Assembly (NCBI GenBank): GCA_964571975.1
Contig: CAZNEJ010000001.1
Span: 29,639 to 80,778 of the forward strand
DNA length: 51,140 bases
Origin: an uncultured Sulfurovum sp.
GTDB lineage: Bacteria; Campylobacterota; Campylobacteria; Campylobacterales; Sulfurovaceae
Direction: 5' to 3'
The position numbers and the translations under genes are program-made. Under the pieces are notes generated by a model that ran no database searches, was not told the DNA's origin, and saw nothing but the letters and a program-made list of their open reading frames with translations. Positions 38,361-48,210 of this stretch are shown in pieces (position 1 is the first letter of the stretch; each line of letters opens with the position of its first letter).

Positions 38361-39179
38361 ATGGAAGAAAAACAAGACTACGCCCAAAAAACATTTAACG
38401 AAATAGCAAATAAGTATGACGATATATCTTTTTTTAAGACCTCTGCTACATATGTGGCAGAGTCGATACTAGAACATACTAAATTACGTAAGTTAGAGGT
38501 GCTAGATGTTGCCTGTGGCACTGGAAATGTTGTATTGGAGTGTGCTAGTCGTATGCCTGAAGCCACCTTTGATGCTATGGACATCTCCGAGGAGATGTTG
38601 GCTAAGGCTAAGCAGAAAGCCGCAGATAAAAATCTGGATAACATAAAGTTTTATCTACAAGATATGGCAACATTGGATTTAAAGAAAAAGTATCACGTCA
38701 TCACCTGCTCGTATGTTCTGTTTTTTTTAGAAGATGCCATAGCTGTATTGAAGAGTATGGTAGCACAGTTGAGACCTATGGGGTTCATCGTATTTACGAC
38801 ATTTACAGCAGAAGCCTTTAGCCCTTCTAGTGAGATACTTTTACCCTTACTTGTAAAATACGGCTCTCCTACTGCCAAAAAATACGACATAAACTCATGG
38901 AAAAATCTAAAATACAAAAGAGATATAGAACGCCTTTGTCAGATGGCACTTGTGGGCGATGTCAATACTCAGATTAAAGACATACGATACGATATGAGTG
39001 TGGATGAATGGTGGGAACTCCTAAACAGTACGGGCTACAAAGGTATGCTTCTTGAGCTAAGCCCAGAGGATCTCGAGCAGGTAAAAACTGAGTATTATGA
39101 AGCGATGTTAAAGCATGCAGATGTGGATGGTAAAGTTGAACTTATAGCAGACAGCAACTTTGTAGTGGTAGACAGATAA
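38361..39179 (+). CDS. Class I SAM-dependent methyltransferase (UbiE-like)
   Basis: FNEIA..YD, VLDVACGTG, DISEEML..A. Confidence 0.85.
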   Translation: MEEKQDYAQKTFNEIANKYDDISFFKTSATYVAESILEHTKLRKLEVLDVACGTGNVVLECASRMPEATFDAMDISEEMLAKAKQKAADKNLDNIKFYLQDMATLDLKKKYHVITCSYVLFFLEDAIAVLKSMVAQLRPMGFIVFTTFTAEAFSPSSEILLPLLVKYGSPTAKKYDINSWKNLKYKRDIERLCQMALVGDVNTQIKDIRYDMSVDEWWELLNSTGYKGMLLELSPEDLEQVKTEYYEAMLKHADVDGKVELIADSNFVVVDR

Positions 39180-39223
39180 GGTACTGTTAAAATTCTGTAT
39201 AATTTAGCTATAAAGGACAAATA

Positions 39224-39802
39224 ATGGCAGTAAAATTTGAAAGCATAAACAAAGAGCACATAGCATTCATAGAAGCTCAAAAGATGTTTGTCGTTGGGTC
39301 TGCAGGGGCAGAGGGGTTCATAAATGTATCTCCTAAAGGCATGGATAGCTTTAGGGTAATAGATGAAAACACAGTAGTATGGCTAAATCTCACAGGTTCA
39401 GGCAATGAAACTTCAGCCCACGTACAAGAAAATGGACGCATGACTGTGATGTTTAACTCTTTTGACAAAGCTCCACTCATACTAAAGCTCTATGGTATGG
39501 CGACTGTAGTACACCAAACTGACACTAGGTGGGATGAGATGTCTGCACATTTTGATGAGAGTGTAGCCACTAAACAATTCTTCGAAGAGCAAGTAGGAGC
39601 TAGACAATTTTTTGAGATGAAGGTAGAACTACTGCTTACATCTTGTGGCTATGCTGTACCACAGTACGAGTTTGTAAAAGAACGTGATACACTCAAAAAG
39701 TGGTCGAAAAAAAAAGGACGTGATGGCATTGAGGCGTATTGGGAAGAAAATAATACACATACCTTAGATGGTGTAGAGACAAATATACTAAAATTTAGTT
39801 AG
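39224..39802 (+). CDS. Pyridoxamine 5'-phosphate oxidase-family FMN-binding protein
   Basis: NVSPKG, LTGSGNET.AH, GRMTVMF.SF, TSCGYAVP. Confidence 0.85.
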   Translation: MAVKFESINKEHIAFIEAQKMFVVGSAGAEGFINVSPKGMDSFRVIDENTVVWLNLTGSGNETSAHVQENGRMTVMFNSFDKAPLILKLYGMATVVHQTDTRWDEMSAHFDESVATKQFFEEQVGARQFFEMKVELLLTSCGYAVPQYEFVKERDTLKKWSKKKGRDGIEAYWEENNTHTLDGVETNILKFS

Positions 39803-39826
39803 TATAAATAAAAAAGGTGAAGACAA

Positions 39827-40384
39827 ATGAATATAATCCATATATGCCTCATAGCTTTCATGGCATTAACTTTTACGGCACAAGCAGGAGATAAAATGGG
39901 AACTTTTTATGCGTACAAAGCAACAGATATAAAAGGTGTGCAACGCAATATGTCTGAGTACAAGGGCAAAGTAGTTTTGCTAGTCAATGTAGCTAGCAAG
40001 TGTGGCTTTACCCCACAGTACGAAGGATTACAAAAACTCTATGAAAAGTATGAAAAAGAAGGTCTAGTTATCTTGGGTTTTCCTTCTAACCAGTTTAGAG
40101 AACAAGAGCCAGGCACACATAAAGAGATACAAAATTTTTGTAAAGTAAACTATGGTGTGACTTTCCCACTCTTTGAAAAGATAGATGTCAATGGAGACGC
40201 TACTCACCCCTTGTATGTGTTTTTAAAAAGAGAAGCTACGGGGTTTTTGGGTTCAGAGGGTGTCAAATGGAACTTTACGAAGTTTATTGTAGATAAAAAA
40301 GGTAATGTTTTAAAACGTTATGGCTCATCTACTAAGCCATTGAGCATAGAAAAAGACATAAAGATACTTTTAGCACTACCATAA
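39827..40384 (+). CDS. Cys-type glutathione peroxidase-family protein with signal peptide
   Basis: VNVASKCGFTPQY, GFPSNQF..QEPG, FC..NYGVTFP, KWNFTKF. Confidence 0.93.
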   Translation: MNIIHICLIAFMALTFTAQAGDKMGTFYAYKATDIKGVQRNMSEYKGKVVLLVNVASKCGFTPQYEGLQKLYEKYEKEGLVILGFPSNQFREQEPGTHKEIQNFCKVNYGVTFPLFEKIDVNGDATHPLYVFLKREATGFLGSEGVKWNFTKFIVDKKGNVLKRYGSSTKPLSIEKDIKILLALP

Positions 40385-40412
40385 GTTATAAAGCAAGACA
40401 AAAGGCATAAAA

Positions 40413-41498
40413 ATGACTAAAGATTCACAAGCACTTCAAGCAGATAGACCAGACATTATCACCACAGAAGTAGAGGCTATACGCTTCTATCGTAAGATGG
40501 ATACAGAGGCTACTGTTGTGCAAATGATAGCAGGGAAATACGTGCTTGTAGAGGAATTTTACAGCAATGGTTTGCAGGTTTTAAACGAATTAAGAAAAAA
40601 CCTTTTACTCAAACACAAAGACAAAACCTTCCAAGGACAGCGTGATTATCGTGCAGCGTATAGAAAAGCCTCACATAGATTACTACTCAAAGTCAAGAGT
40701 AATAAACTCATCGTTAAAAAATCTCCAGATGTTGGTTGGTTAACAACGTTGTACCCAGAAATTTCTGACTTTTATGTGTCTTTCCCCGATGTGCAGGGCA
40801 TGAATAGTTCTTGGCAATGGTACGAAAAAGGCTTAGAGATTAAAACCTTGGGCATCACGCTTAAGCCTTACTATGGCACATATTTTCCTACACGATTTGA
40901 CCATCTTAAACTTTTTGATAAATGGCTCAAAAAGTATGAAGGTTCAAAAGAAAATGCCATTGAGATAGGTGTAGGGTCTGGTGTATTGTCCTTTCAGCTT
41001 ATCCAAAATGGTTTTAAAAATATTTTTGCAACGGACAGCAATAAAAATGCCATCATAGGTGTCTTTGAAGAGAGTAAAAGGCTAGGATACGAAAAACATA
41101 TGACACTCAATCATGGTGATTTGTTTGAAGACTGTGATGTAAAGGCAGACTTGATTGTGTTTAATCCTCCTTGGTTACCTGCAAAACACACTTTAGAAGA
41201 AGGTATAGATAAGGCTATGTATTATGAAGAAGATTTGTTCCCAAGGTTCTTTGAACAAGCCTTGGAACACCTTGCCCCTGATGGCAAAGTTCTGCTAATT
41301 TTTTCAAACCTAGCAGAAGTAGTAGAGGAAGAAAACACCCATCCCATCATAGATGAGTTACGAAATCATAAACGTTTCAAAAAAGAACTACATCTTAGAC
41401 GTGATGTAAGAGCATCATCAAGAAGAACAAAACGTCGAGATGCTAGAGATGTAGAAAAAGTAGAGTTGTGGGTTTTGTCATTAAGAAAAAATAAATAA
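40413..41498 (+). CDS. SAM-dependent amino-methyltransferase (MTS/HemK-like NPP motif)
   Basis: EIGVGSG motif I and FNPPW motif IV. Confidence 0.8.
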   Translation: MTKDSQALQADRPDIITTEVEAIRFYRKMDTEATVVQMIAGKYVLVEEFYSNGLQVLNELRKNLLLKHKDKTFQGQRDYRAAYRKASHRLLLKVKSNKLIVKKSPDVGWLTTLYPEISDFYVSFPDVQGMNSSWQWYEKGLEIKTLGITLKPYYGTYFPTRFDHLKLFDKWLKKYEGSKENAIEIGVGSGVLSFQLIQNGFKNIFATDSNKNAIIGVFEESKRLGYEKHMTLNHGDLFEDCDVKADLIVFNPPWLPAKHTLEEGIDKAMYYEEDLFPRFFEQALEHLAPDGKVLLIFSNLAEVVEEENTHPIIDELRNHKRFKKELHLRRDVRASSRRTKRRDARDVEKVELWVLSLRKNK

Positions 41499-41518
41499 TA
41501 AAAAAGAAATTATTTATC

Positions 41519-42214
41519 ATGAAATCGCATCTTAGGCAAGTCACATGGAAAGAAGCCCTTAAAGATGAGTGGCAAAAGACTTATATGCAAGAACTAGAAG
41601 CATTTTTAGAGCAAGAACACAAAGATGGTAAAAATATACTGCCAGCTAAAGAACTATGGTTTGAAGCACTCAATCTCACTGCACTAGACAAAGTAAAAGT
41701 TGTCATTTTGGGGCAAGATCCATACCCAACCCTTGGTCATGCACATGGACTATGTTTTTCAGCAGATGATAGTGTTAAGCCATTGCCCAAATCTTTACAA
41801 AACATCTATAAAGAACTTTATGATGATGTAGGCATTAGAAATACAAGTGCAGACCTAAGTTCATGGGCAAAGCAGGGGGTGCTTCTGTTAAATAGCGTAC
41901 TCACTGTAGAGGAGGGTAAAGCCAACGCACATAAAGATAAAGGCTGGGAGATGTTTAGTGATAAAGTTATCTCTCTTGTAGATGAACGATGTAGGCATGT
42001 AGTGTTTGTACTTTGGGGAGCGTACGCACAGAAAAAAGGCAAGTATATAGACAGCACGAAGCACCTAGTCATCAATGACCCTCATCCCTCACCACTTTCT
42101 GCTTATCGTGGTTTTTGGGGGTCTAAACCTTTTTCTATGATTAATTCATATTTGATTGAGCATGGAAAAGAGCTTATAGACTGGCAGCTAAAAGATAAAA
42201 CAACGTTACTTTGA
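41519..42214 (+). CDS. ung: Uracil-DNA glycosylase (family 1)
   Basis: ILGQDPY, AHGLCFS, PKSLQNI, QGVLLLN, LWG, HPSPLS. Confidence 0.97.
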   Translation: MKSHLRQVTWKEALKDEWQKTYMQELEAFLEQEHKDGKNILPAKELWFEALNLTALDKVKVVILGQDPYPTLGHAHGLCFSADDSVKPLPKSLQNIYKELYDDVGIRNTSADLSSWAKQGVLLLNSVLTVEEGKANAHKDKGWEMFSDKVISLVDERCRHVVFVLWGAYAQKKGKYIDSTKHLVINDPHPSPLSAYRGFWGSKPFSMINSYLIEHGKELIDWQLKDKTTLL

Positions 42215-42522
42215 TAGAAGAGTCATAGTAGTACTCCTTGATAAAGGTCCATTGTAAGTATGGCATATTGGAGCAAGAGTAAAAAGCACAATAAGAGCTA
42301 GGTGAGTGCTTTCTGTGGCTATATATTTTATTTAAATTAAGAATAAGTTATGATATAATATTTACATAATTGAGAATATATTTAGAATGAAATATATTAT
42401 CCAAATTAATTTCATATCTATTGTACTTTAGAAACATTATCTCTAAAAAAGATTTAAGCTCAAAATTATGTACGTTATATAAGCTTAAACCAGTACACTT
42501 TTTATATATTTTTATAAGGATT

Positions 42523-42930
42523 ATGATGAACAAGATATTGTTAATATTAGTATTGTTGAGTATAGGTCTTTTTGCAGATTTCAAAACATTAAATGCAAAT
42601 AAGTTTGCAAAGCTTAAAGCTAGAGGGCATCTTGTTATAGATATACGAACTCCTTGTGAATGGAGGCAAACGGGCATCATCAAAGGAGCACGTAAATTGA
42701 TGTTTTTCACACCTGAAGGAGAAGCAGACTTGGCAGGTTGGTTTTTTGAACTTGGACGTTTGGTTAAAAATAAAAAGCAACCCATACTCATCTACTGTGC
42801 ACATGCAAGCCGTACCAAATATCTAGGACAAATGCTTATCCAAGAAGGTTTTAAAAATATTTATGAGCTCGAAGGCGGTATAGAAAATGGCTGGATAAGG
42901 GCAGGAAGAAAGACTGTCAAGGTGAAGTAG
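42523..42930 (+). CDS. Exported rhodanese-like domain protein
   Basis: Signal peptide; IDIRTP.EW..TG.I.GA, active-site YCAHASR, LEGGI..W. Start at ATG 42523 or 42526 after AAGGA. Confidence 0.85.
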   Translation: MMNKILLILVLLSIGLFADFKTLNANKFAKLKARGHLVIDIRTPCEWRQTGIIKGARKLMFFTPEGEADLAGWFFELGRLVKNKKQPILIYCAHASRTKYLGQMLIQEGFKNIYELEGGIENGWIRAGRKTVKVK

Positions 42931-43055
42931 GATTTGGTACTATAAGGTTGTCACATACCTACCCACTTTCTGAAAAAAACTAGAAAGACAAAATCCATTA
43001 CCCAAAGGCTGTTTATATTAGGTATAATCCCTCAATAACAACAAGAGGATAAAAG

Positions 43056-43424
43056 ATGGATGAATCAATCAACGTACTAGGTGAGCCACTAGAGCCCTGT
43101 AGTCTCAAGCCCCTTACGGGCTTTCATAGGGATGGGTCTTGCAATACAGGCACCCATAACCCAGCGGTACATGCTGTGTGTATTTATGCCACAGAAGAAT
43201 TCTTAGCATACTCAAAAAAAGTAGGCAATGACCTCTCCACTCCTATGCCTCAGTATAACTTTGCAGGAGTAAAAGTAGGGCAGAGTTGGTGTTTGGGTGG
43301 ACACTCTTTTGTGAAAGCTGTCAATGACGGCATGGCACCTCAAATTTTCATACATGCAACACATGTAAAAATGCTAGAACTCATCGACCTTGAAACACTT
43401 AAAAAATACGCTATAGACCTTTAG
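43056..43424 (+). CDS. DUF2237 family protein
   Basis: NVLGEPL.PCS..P.TGF.RDG.C, H.VC, GNDLSTP, WCL. Confidence 0.85.
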   Translation: MDESINVLGEPLEPCSLKPLTGFHRDGSCNTGTHNPAVHAVCIYATEEFLAYSKKVGNDLSTPMPQYNFAGVKVGQSWCLGGHSFVKAVNDGMAPQIFIHATHVKMLELIDLETLKKYAIDL

Positions 43425-43433
43425 GAAATACAG

Positions 43434-44033
43434 ATGTTTGAAGTAGCAGAATACATAGGTATCATCGCTTTTGGGATGTCTGGATTTTTTGTAGCAGCAC
43501 GTGCTAAGTTAGATTTTTTGGGCGTGCTTATCTCTGTATTTCTTACGGCCTTTGGTGGAGGTGTTGTTAGAGATATAATTGTAGATAAAACGCCTTATAC
43601 TTTTACTCATGATATGCCAGCCATCATCGTATTTAGCATAATGATGATACTTATTGTTTTCAAACTACACAAGAGAGAAAGTGTAGAAAATAAAGCTTGG
43701 TTTATACTGAGCGACTCCATAGGATTAGTCTCCTTTTCTATCACAGGGGCACTTATGGCTATAGAAAACGAGTTAAATCTTACAGCTGTGTTGGCTTTGT
43801 CGTTTATCACCGCTGTGGGTGGAGGAATCACTAGAGATATCATCATCAATGAGGTGCCTTTTGTGTTTAAAACTGGGTTTTATGGTACAGTATCGTTACT
43901 CGTGGGGGTGCTTGTGTATTTGTTAAGCATGTTTGAAATCATGACTTTCTACCCTATGGCTGTTGTGTTTCTTTTAGGGGTGTCCATACGTGTGATTGCG
44001 TATTATAGGAAGTGGTCGGTACCACTTATATAG
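43434..44033 (+). CDS. Trimeric intracellular cation channel family / UPF0126 membrane protein
   Basis: Two repeats TAFGGGVVRD and TAVGGGITRD; DSIGL. Confidence 0.9.
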   Translation: MFEVAEYIGIIAFGMSGFFVAARAKLDFLGVLISVFLTAFGGGVVRDIIVDKTPYTFTHDMPAIIVFSIMMILIVFKLHKRESVENKAWFILSDSIGLVSFSITGALMAIENELNLTAVLALSFITAVGGGITRDIIINEVPFVFKTGFYGTVSLLVGVLVYLLSMFEIMTFYPMAVVFLLGVSIRVIAYYRKWSVPLI

Positions 44034-44043
44034 GAGAAAAGAA

Positions 44044-44274
44044 GTGTTTGATATAAAAAAACCATGTATAAGGCAATGTTGTCTGGATGAAAAGGATGTA
44101 TGTATGGGCTGTTACCGTACACTTGATGATATGCGTGTATGGCACAAATCTACAGATATACAGAAGCTCGATATGCTAAGACGTGCTAGTGAAAAAAAAG
44201 AATATAAACTAGAATTGCAACGTAAAGTAGAGCAAGGCGATAAAAACACTTTTAAAGACAGAAAGATACCCTAG
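44044..44274 (+). CDS. DUF1289 domain protein (Cys-rich)
   Basis: PCIRQCCLD...CMGCYRT.D...W; GTG start after AGGAG. Confidence 0.8.
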   Translation: MFDIKKPCIRQCCLDEKDVCMGCYRTLDDMRVWHKSTDIQKLDMLRRASEKKEYKLELQRKVEQGDKNTFKDRKIP

Positions 44275-44294
44275 TAGAAAATCGTTTAACATTT

Positions 44295-44918
44295 CTATGA
44301 CCTCTTTGTTATCCACTCTTTTATCATAGCTACTTCTTCTTCTATCATGGTATGGTCCTTGTCATAACTTTTAAAGTCAATACTGAAGCCATTTTTTTTG
44401 AGTTCCTCTATCTGTGATTTGGAGGTATCGTAAGGCAAAACATCATCACTTGTACCATGGGTGCAAAGCCAATTGGCATCTTTTAAATCTGGGTTCATTT
44501 CTTTTAGAAGGCTCTCTCCATCGTAAATATACCCAGATACTGCGATATAACCTGCCAGCTCCTTTTCGTACCTAGCACCAAACTCAAAGGTCAGTAATGC
44601 TCCTTGAGAAAACCCAAATAAAAAACTTTGAGAAGCATCATAATCTTCTTCAAAGAGCGTATCCATGATGTCTGCTAGTAAACTAGAAGAGTGGGCTATG
44701 CCTATGAGTTGACTTGGTGGTAGGTCATACCATGAGCATCCTCCGAAGTATTCGTATGGGGCATCTAGGAGTAGGTAGTTCATGTCATCAAAACCTAAAA
44801 CAGGAGGTAACCAAGTAAAGCCTTTAGAGGAGTCACCTCTTCCATGTAGGATTATCATGAGTTTTTTAGAAGGGGTTTTCGAGGGGTAAAAAATGTTATA
44901 TAAGGGTAAATCTTCCAT
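44295..44918 (-). CDS. Phospholipase/carboxylesterase-family alpha/beta hydrolase, paralog 1
   Basis: LHGRGD, GFSQG nucleophile, HGTSDDV, catalytic His near the C-terminus. Alternative start at 44948. Confidence 0.88.
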   Translation of the reverse strand: MEDLPLYNIFYPSKTPSKKLMIILHGRGDSSKGFTWLPPVLGFDDMNYLLLDAPYEYFGGCSWYDLPPSQLIGIAHSSSLLADIMDTLFEEDYDASQSFLFGFSQGALLTFEFGARYEKELAGYIAVSGYIYDGESLLKEMNPDLKDANWLCTHGTSDDVLPYDTSKSQIEELKKNGFSIDFKSYDKDHTMIEEEVAMIKEWITKRS

Positions 44919-45002
44919 GTGTAGTCTTCTTTTTGAGTTATTATACATGGCAAAGCTTTAAACATATGTTACAATCGAGCCAAATAATAGCTGGGGGAAG
45001 TA

Positions 45003-45560
45003 ATGATAATATATATACACGGTTTTGGTAGCTCAGGGCTAGGTGGGAAATCGACACAATTTCGTGAGTACTTTAGAGACAAAAATATACCTTTCATCGC
45101 TCCTTCACTCTCATATGTGCCAGAACTTGCCATTGCTACACTTGAGGAACTCATAGATAGCTATGATGAAGTATCTCTGATAGGTTCTTCGTTGGGTGGG
45201 TTCTATAGTATGTATTTGTCAGAAAAATATGGGCTTAAAGCAGTACTTATCAACCCAGCCATGAACTCATCAAAGACTTTAAAGAGGCTCATTACTCCTG
45301 AAAGACTGGCATACAACTACTATGATGAAAGTCATTTTGAATGGAAGCTTTCTCATGTTGAGATGCTTAAGAGGTATCATGTACAAGAGGTAGTAGATGC
45401 AAATTATTTTTTGCTACTTCAAAAAGGGGATGACGTGCTTAATTACCAAGAAGCACTGGACAAGCTACCTAAGGCAAAGACAGTTCTAGAGGAGGGCGGA
45501 ACGCATCCTTTTGATGGAATAGAACGGCATTTCTCTGAGATAGAAGCATTTTTATTTTAA
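45003..45560 (+). CDS. YqiA/YcfP (UPF0227) esterase
   Basis: IYIHGF.SS, GSSLGG, VLINPA, GDDVL, EGGTH.F. Confidence 0.88.
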   Translation: MIIYIHGFGSSGLGGKSTQFREYFRDKNIPFIAPSLSYVPELAIATLEELIDSYDEVSLIGSSLGGFYSMYLSEKYGLKAVLINPAMNSSKTLKRLITPERLAYNYYDESHFEWKLSHVEMLKRYHVQEVVDANYFLLLQKGDDVLNYQEALDKLPKAKTVLEEGGTHPFDGIERHFSEIEAFLF

Positions 45561-46202
45561 ACTTTTTATCCATGCACGTATCATTTCTATCTCTTTTTCA
45601 TCAATGATATGTGCTTTTTTGATACTTTTAAATGTGATATCAAATCCATATTTTTGCAAGTACGATACCTGAAATTTAGCAGTCCTAAAATCAAGTGCCT
45701 CATCTTCAATACCATGAGTACATAGCCAGTTGGCACTTTTCAACTTTGGGTTCATTTCTTGGAGCAGGAGTGCTGGATTATTAATGTGACCACTTATGGA
45801 AATGTAGCCCGCCAATCTTTCCTTGTATCTAGCCCCAACTTCAAAAGTAAGCAGTGAACCTTGTGAAAAACCAAAAAGAAAACTTTGCCTTACATCAAAA
45901 TCTTTTTTAAAAAGTATATCAAATGTTTGTTTTAGTAGGTTGGAAGATTTTCTTATCCCTTTTAAGTGAGGAGCGTCTCCATACCATGAATACCCATCAT
46001 TATATACATTGGGTGCATCAAGAAACAAATAGTGCATATCTTCAAAGTCAAATCGGTTGGCTATCCATGTAAAATCTTCTGCTTTTCCACCACGTCCATG
46101 CATGACAATCATAAGTTTATTTGAGGGTATTTCAGCAGGAATTATTTTATTTTTTAAAGGTAGATAGTCTAGTGTCGTGAGATAGTGAGGTATAGTAGTC
46201 AT
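45552..46202 (-). CDS. Phospholipase/carboxylesterase-family alpha/beta hydrolase, paralog 2
   Basis: MHGRGG, GFSQG, HGIEDE; collinear with 44295-44918. Start uncertain. Confidence 0.85.
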   Translation of the reverse strand: MTTIPHYLTTLDYLPLKNKIIPAEIPSNKLMIVMHGRGGKAEDFTWIANRFDFEDMHYLFLDAPNVYNDGYSWYGDAPHLKGIRKSSNLLKQTFDILFKKDFDVRQSFLFGFSQGSLLTFEVGARYKERLAGYISISGHINNPALLLQEMNPKLKSANWLCTHGIEDEALDFRTAKFQVSYLQKYGFDITFKSIKKAHIIDEKEIEMIRAWIKSLK

Positions 46203-46321
46203 AGTGTGAGTATACTCAAAACAAACCAAAATACCTATTGTTGATTTGATGGTGCTTTTTCATAATTTACCACTTACTATAACTATTTGGTTACAATATC
46301 AAAAAATTGTAGGATTATGAG

Positions 46322-47329
46322 ATGAAAATATTTTTTATATTATGTATCATGCTCCTTTCTTTACAGGCAAAAGATTATAGTAAAAACACAGATGTTCAGA
46401 CATTTATAACTATGCTTGTTGAAGAGTATACTATGGAAAAAACTTATCTTGAAAATCTGTTTTCAAATGTAAAAGTATATAAAGCACCACTGCGTGTTTA
46501 CCGCTCAAAAATCAAAAAGAAGCGTAGTGTCAAAAAAGAGGAGCGTAGCAATAAGCCACAAGCAAAACATGGCGGCTGGGATAGATATAGTAGGTTAAAA
46601 ATAAATCCTTCAAGGGTTAAACAAGGTGTTGCTTTCATAAAGAAGCATCAAAGTACCTTTGATAAGGTAGAAGAAAAGTTTGGTGTTCCAAAAGAGTACA
46701 TAGCAGCCATCATAGGTGTAGAAACTGTGTATGGAGGAAGCGTAGGTGAGTACCTAGTATTTGATAATTTGGTCACTTTAGCATTTGAAAAAAATAGGAG
46801 AAATAAGTTTTTTAAAAAGCAACTTAAAGAATTTTTACGGCTGATACAGACAGAAAATATCAATCCTAAAGAGATAAAAGGTTCATATGCTGGAGCCATA
46901 GGTTTATGTCAATTTATGCCTAGTAATTATGGGGCATATGGTGTAGATCAAAATGCTGATGGACGTATCACTTTGCAATACGCAGAAGATGCCATAGCTT
47001 CTGTTGCAAACTATCTTAATAAAAATGGCTGGAGAACAGGAGAGCCTGTGGCTACAAGAGTGAGTTATAAGGGCGAACGTTTTCATGGCTTTAAAACTGG
47101 ATATAAAATAACATATAATCGTAGCGACCTTGTAGGTATCAGCACTAAGACAAAATGGGACTACAGGGATAAAGTTAGGCTCATAAAGCTAGATAAAAAG
47201 GAGTATGATGAGCTTTGGTATGCTGCAAAGAATTTTTTTGTTATCACACGTTACAATCATTCTGCATATTATGCGATGTCAGTACATCAACTAGCCTCTA
47301 AGATAAAAGATATAATGTATGAAAATTAA
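46322..47329 (+). CDS. mltB: Lytic murein transglycosylase B
   Basis: AIIGVET.YG, GSYAGAIG..QFMPS, DAIASVANYL...GW, ITRYNHS.YYA. Confidence 0.92.
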   Translation: MKIFFILCIMLLSLQAKDYSKNTDVQTFITMLVEEYTMEKTYLENLFSNVKVYKAPLRVYRSKIKKKRSVKKEERSNKPQAKHGGWDRYSRLKINPSRVKQGVAFIKKHQSTFDKVEEKFGVPKEYIAAIIGVETVYGGSVGEYLVFDNLVTLAFEKNRRNKFFKKQLKEFLRLIQTENINPKEIKGSYAGAIGLCQFMPSNYGAYGVDQNADGRITLQYAEDAIASVANYLNKNGWRTGEPVATRVSYKGERFHGFKTGYKITYNRSDLVGISTKTKWDYRDKVRLIKLDKKEYDELWYAAKNFFVITRYNHSAYYAMSVHQLASKIKDIMYEN

Positions 47330-47780
47330 CGTTATCATTATTGATAAAAAAGGCAAAGATATGCTTTATTCAGGACTGATAGAACACTACAAAAAGATAG
47401 CAAAACCTTTTGCAAAAATAGAAGTGATAGAGGTTTTTGACAAGGAAATTACCAAAGCCCATGATATCTCACCTGTGGCATCACAAAAAGCGTATACGAA
47501 ATCTTTAGAAAAATATATGTCAACTGGAATAAATATTGCTTTAAATCCAAGTTCTAAAGAAGTAGATAGTCATGATTTCGCAAAACTGCTTAAGGATAGC
47601 GTGCAGGTAAATTTGTTTATTGGCGGTGCTTACGGCTTTGAAGAGGGTTTTTTGACTAAATGTAATAATGCCATATCATTTGGTAAAATAACGCTTTCAC
47701 ATAAACTTGTAAAAGTTGTTTTGTTGGAGCAAATCTTTAGGGGACTTACGATTAACAATAATCACCCTTATCATAAATAA
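47319..47780 (+). CDS. rlmH: 23S rRNA m3Psi1915 methyltransferase
   Basis: FIGGAYG, TLSH.LV.VVLLEQIFR, HPYHK. Confidence 0.95.
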   Translation: MKINVIIIDKKGKDMLYSGLIEHYKKIAKPFAKIEVIEVFDKEITKAHDISPVASQKAYTKSLEKYMSTGINIALNPSSKEVDSHDFAKLLKDSVQVNLFIGGAYGFEEGFLTKCNNAISFGKITLSHKLVKVVLLEQIFRGLTINNNHPYHK

Positions 47781-47810
47781 AAATACTATCAGTAAAGAGG
47801 AGTAATATAC

Positions 47811-48167
47811 ATGCTAACAGAAGTAGAATTAGAAAAGTTTCGCAATAGTTTACTAGACAGAAGAGTACAGATAGATAAAAACCTTAGAGGCACGCAGCTA
47901 GAACTTGACGGAATGAGGGACTTAGAGCTCAATGACGAGGGTGATTATGCTGCTGCATCTGCAGAAACTGCTGTAGATAGTGCTATTTTGGTGCAACAAC
48001 GCAAAGAATTAAACGAGATTGAACTTGCTTTAGATAAAATTAAACAAGGCACTTACGGTATTTGTGAAATGTGTGAAGACCCTATAAATAAATTGCGTTT
48101 GGAAGTGAAAACATTTGCAAGATTTTGTATCACATGTCGTGAGATTAACGAAAAAGAACAACAATAG
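47811..48167 (+). CDS. dksA: RNA polymerase-binding protein DksA
   Basis: DEGDYA coiled-coil tip; GTYGICEMC...RL...ARFCITC zinc finger. Confidence 0.92.
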   Translation: MLTEVELEKFRNSLLDRRVQIDKNLRGTQLELDGMRDLELNDEGDYAAASAETAVDSAILVQQRKELNEIELALDKIKQGTYGICEMCEDPINKLRLEVKTFARFCITCREINEKEQQ

Positions 48168-48210
48168 ACTTCTGCTAAGCTATTAATTATACTTTGAAAA
48201 AGGATAGATC

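Noticed and set aside
39707-39715. A9 homopolymer as a phase-variation site
   Set aside because: The frame is intact (Lys codons) and A-runs are common here; Campylobacterota phase variation typically uses poly-G/C tracts, and no long one was seen.
39890-40030. Selenocysteine in the glutathione peroxidase
   Set aside because: The active-site codon is TGT (Cys) and the ORF is uninterrupted.
42930-42996. Possible three-way RNA junction after the rhodanese gene
   Set aside because: Stems are only 4-6 bp and AT-rich; a simple terminator-like hairpin explains it.
43007-43028. GGCTGTTTATATTA upstream of DUF2237, identical to 14 nt at the narB box
   Set aside because: The right half-site is absent (replaced by the -10), so chance in AT-rich DNA cannot be excluded.
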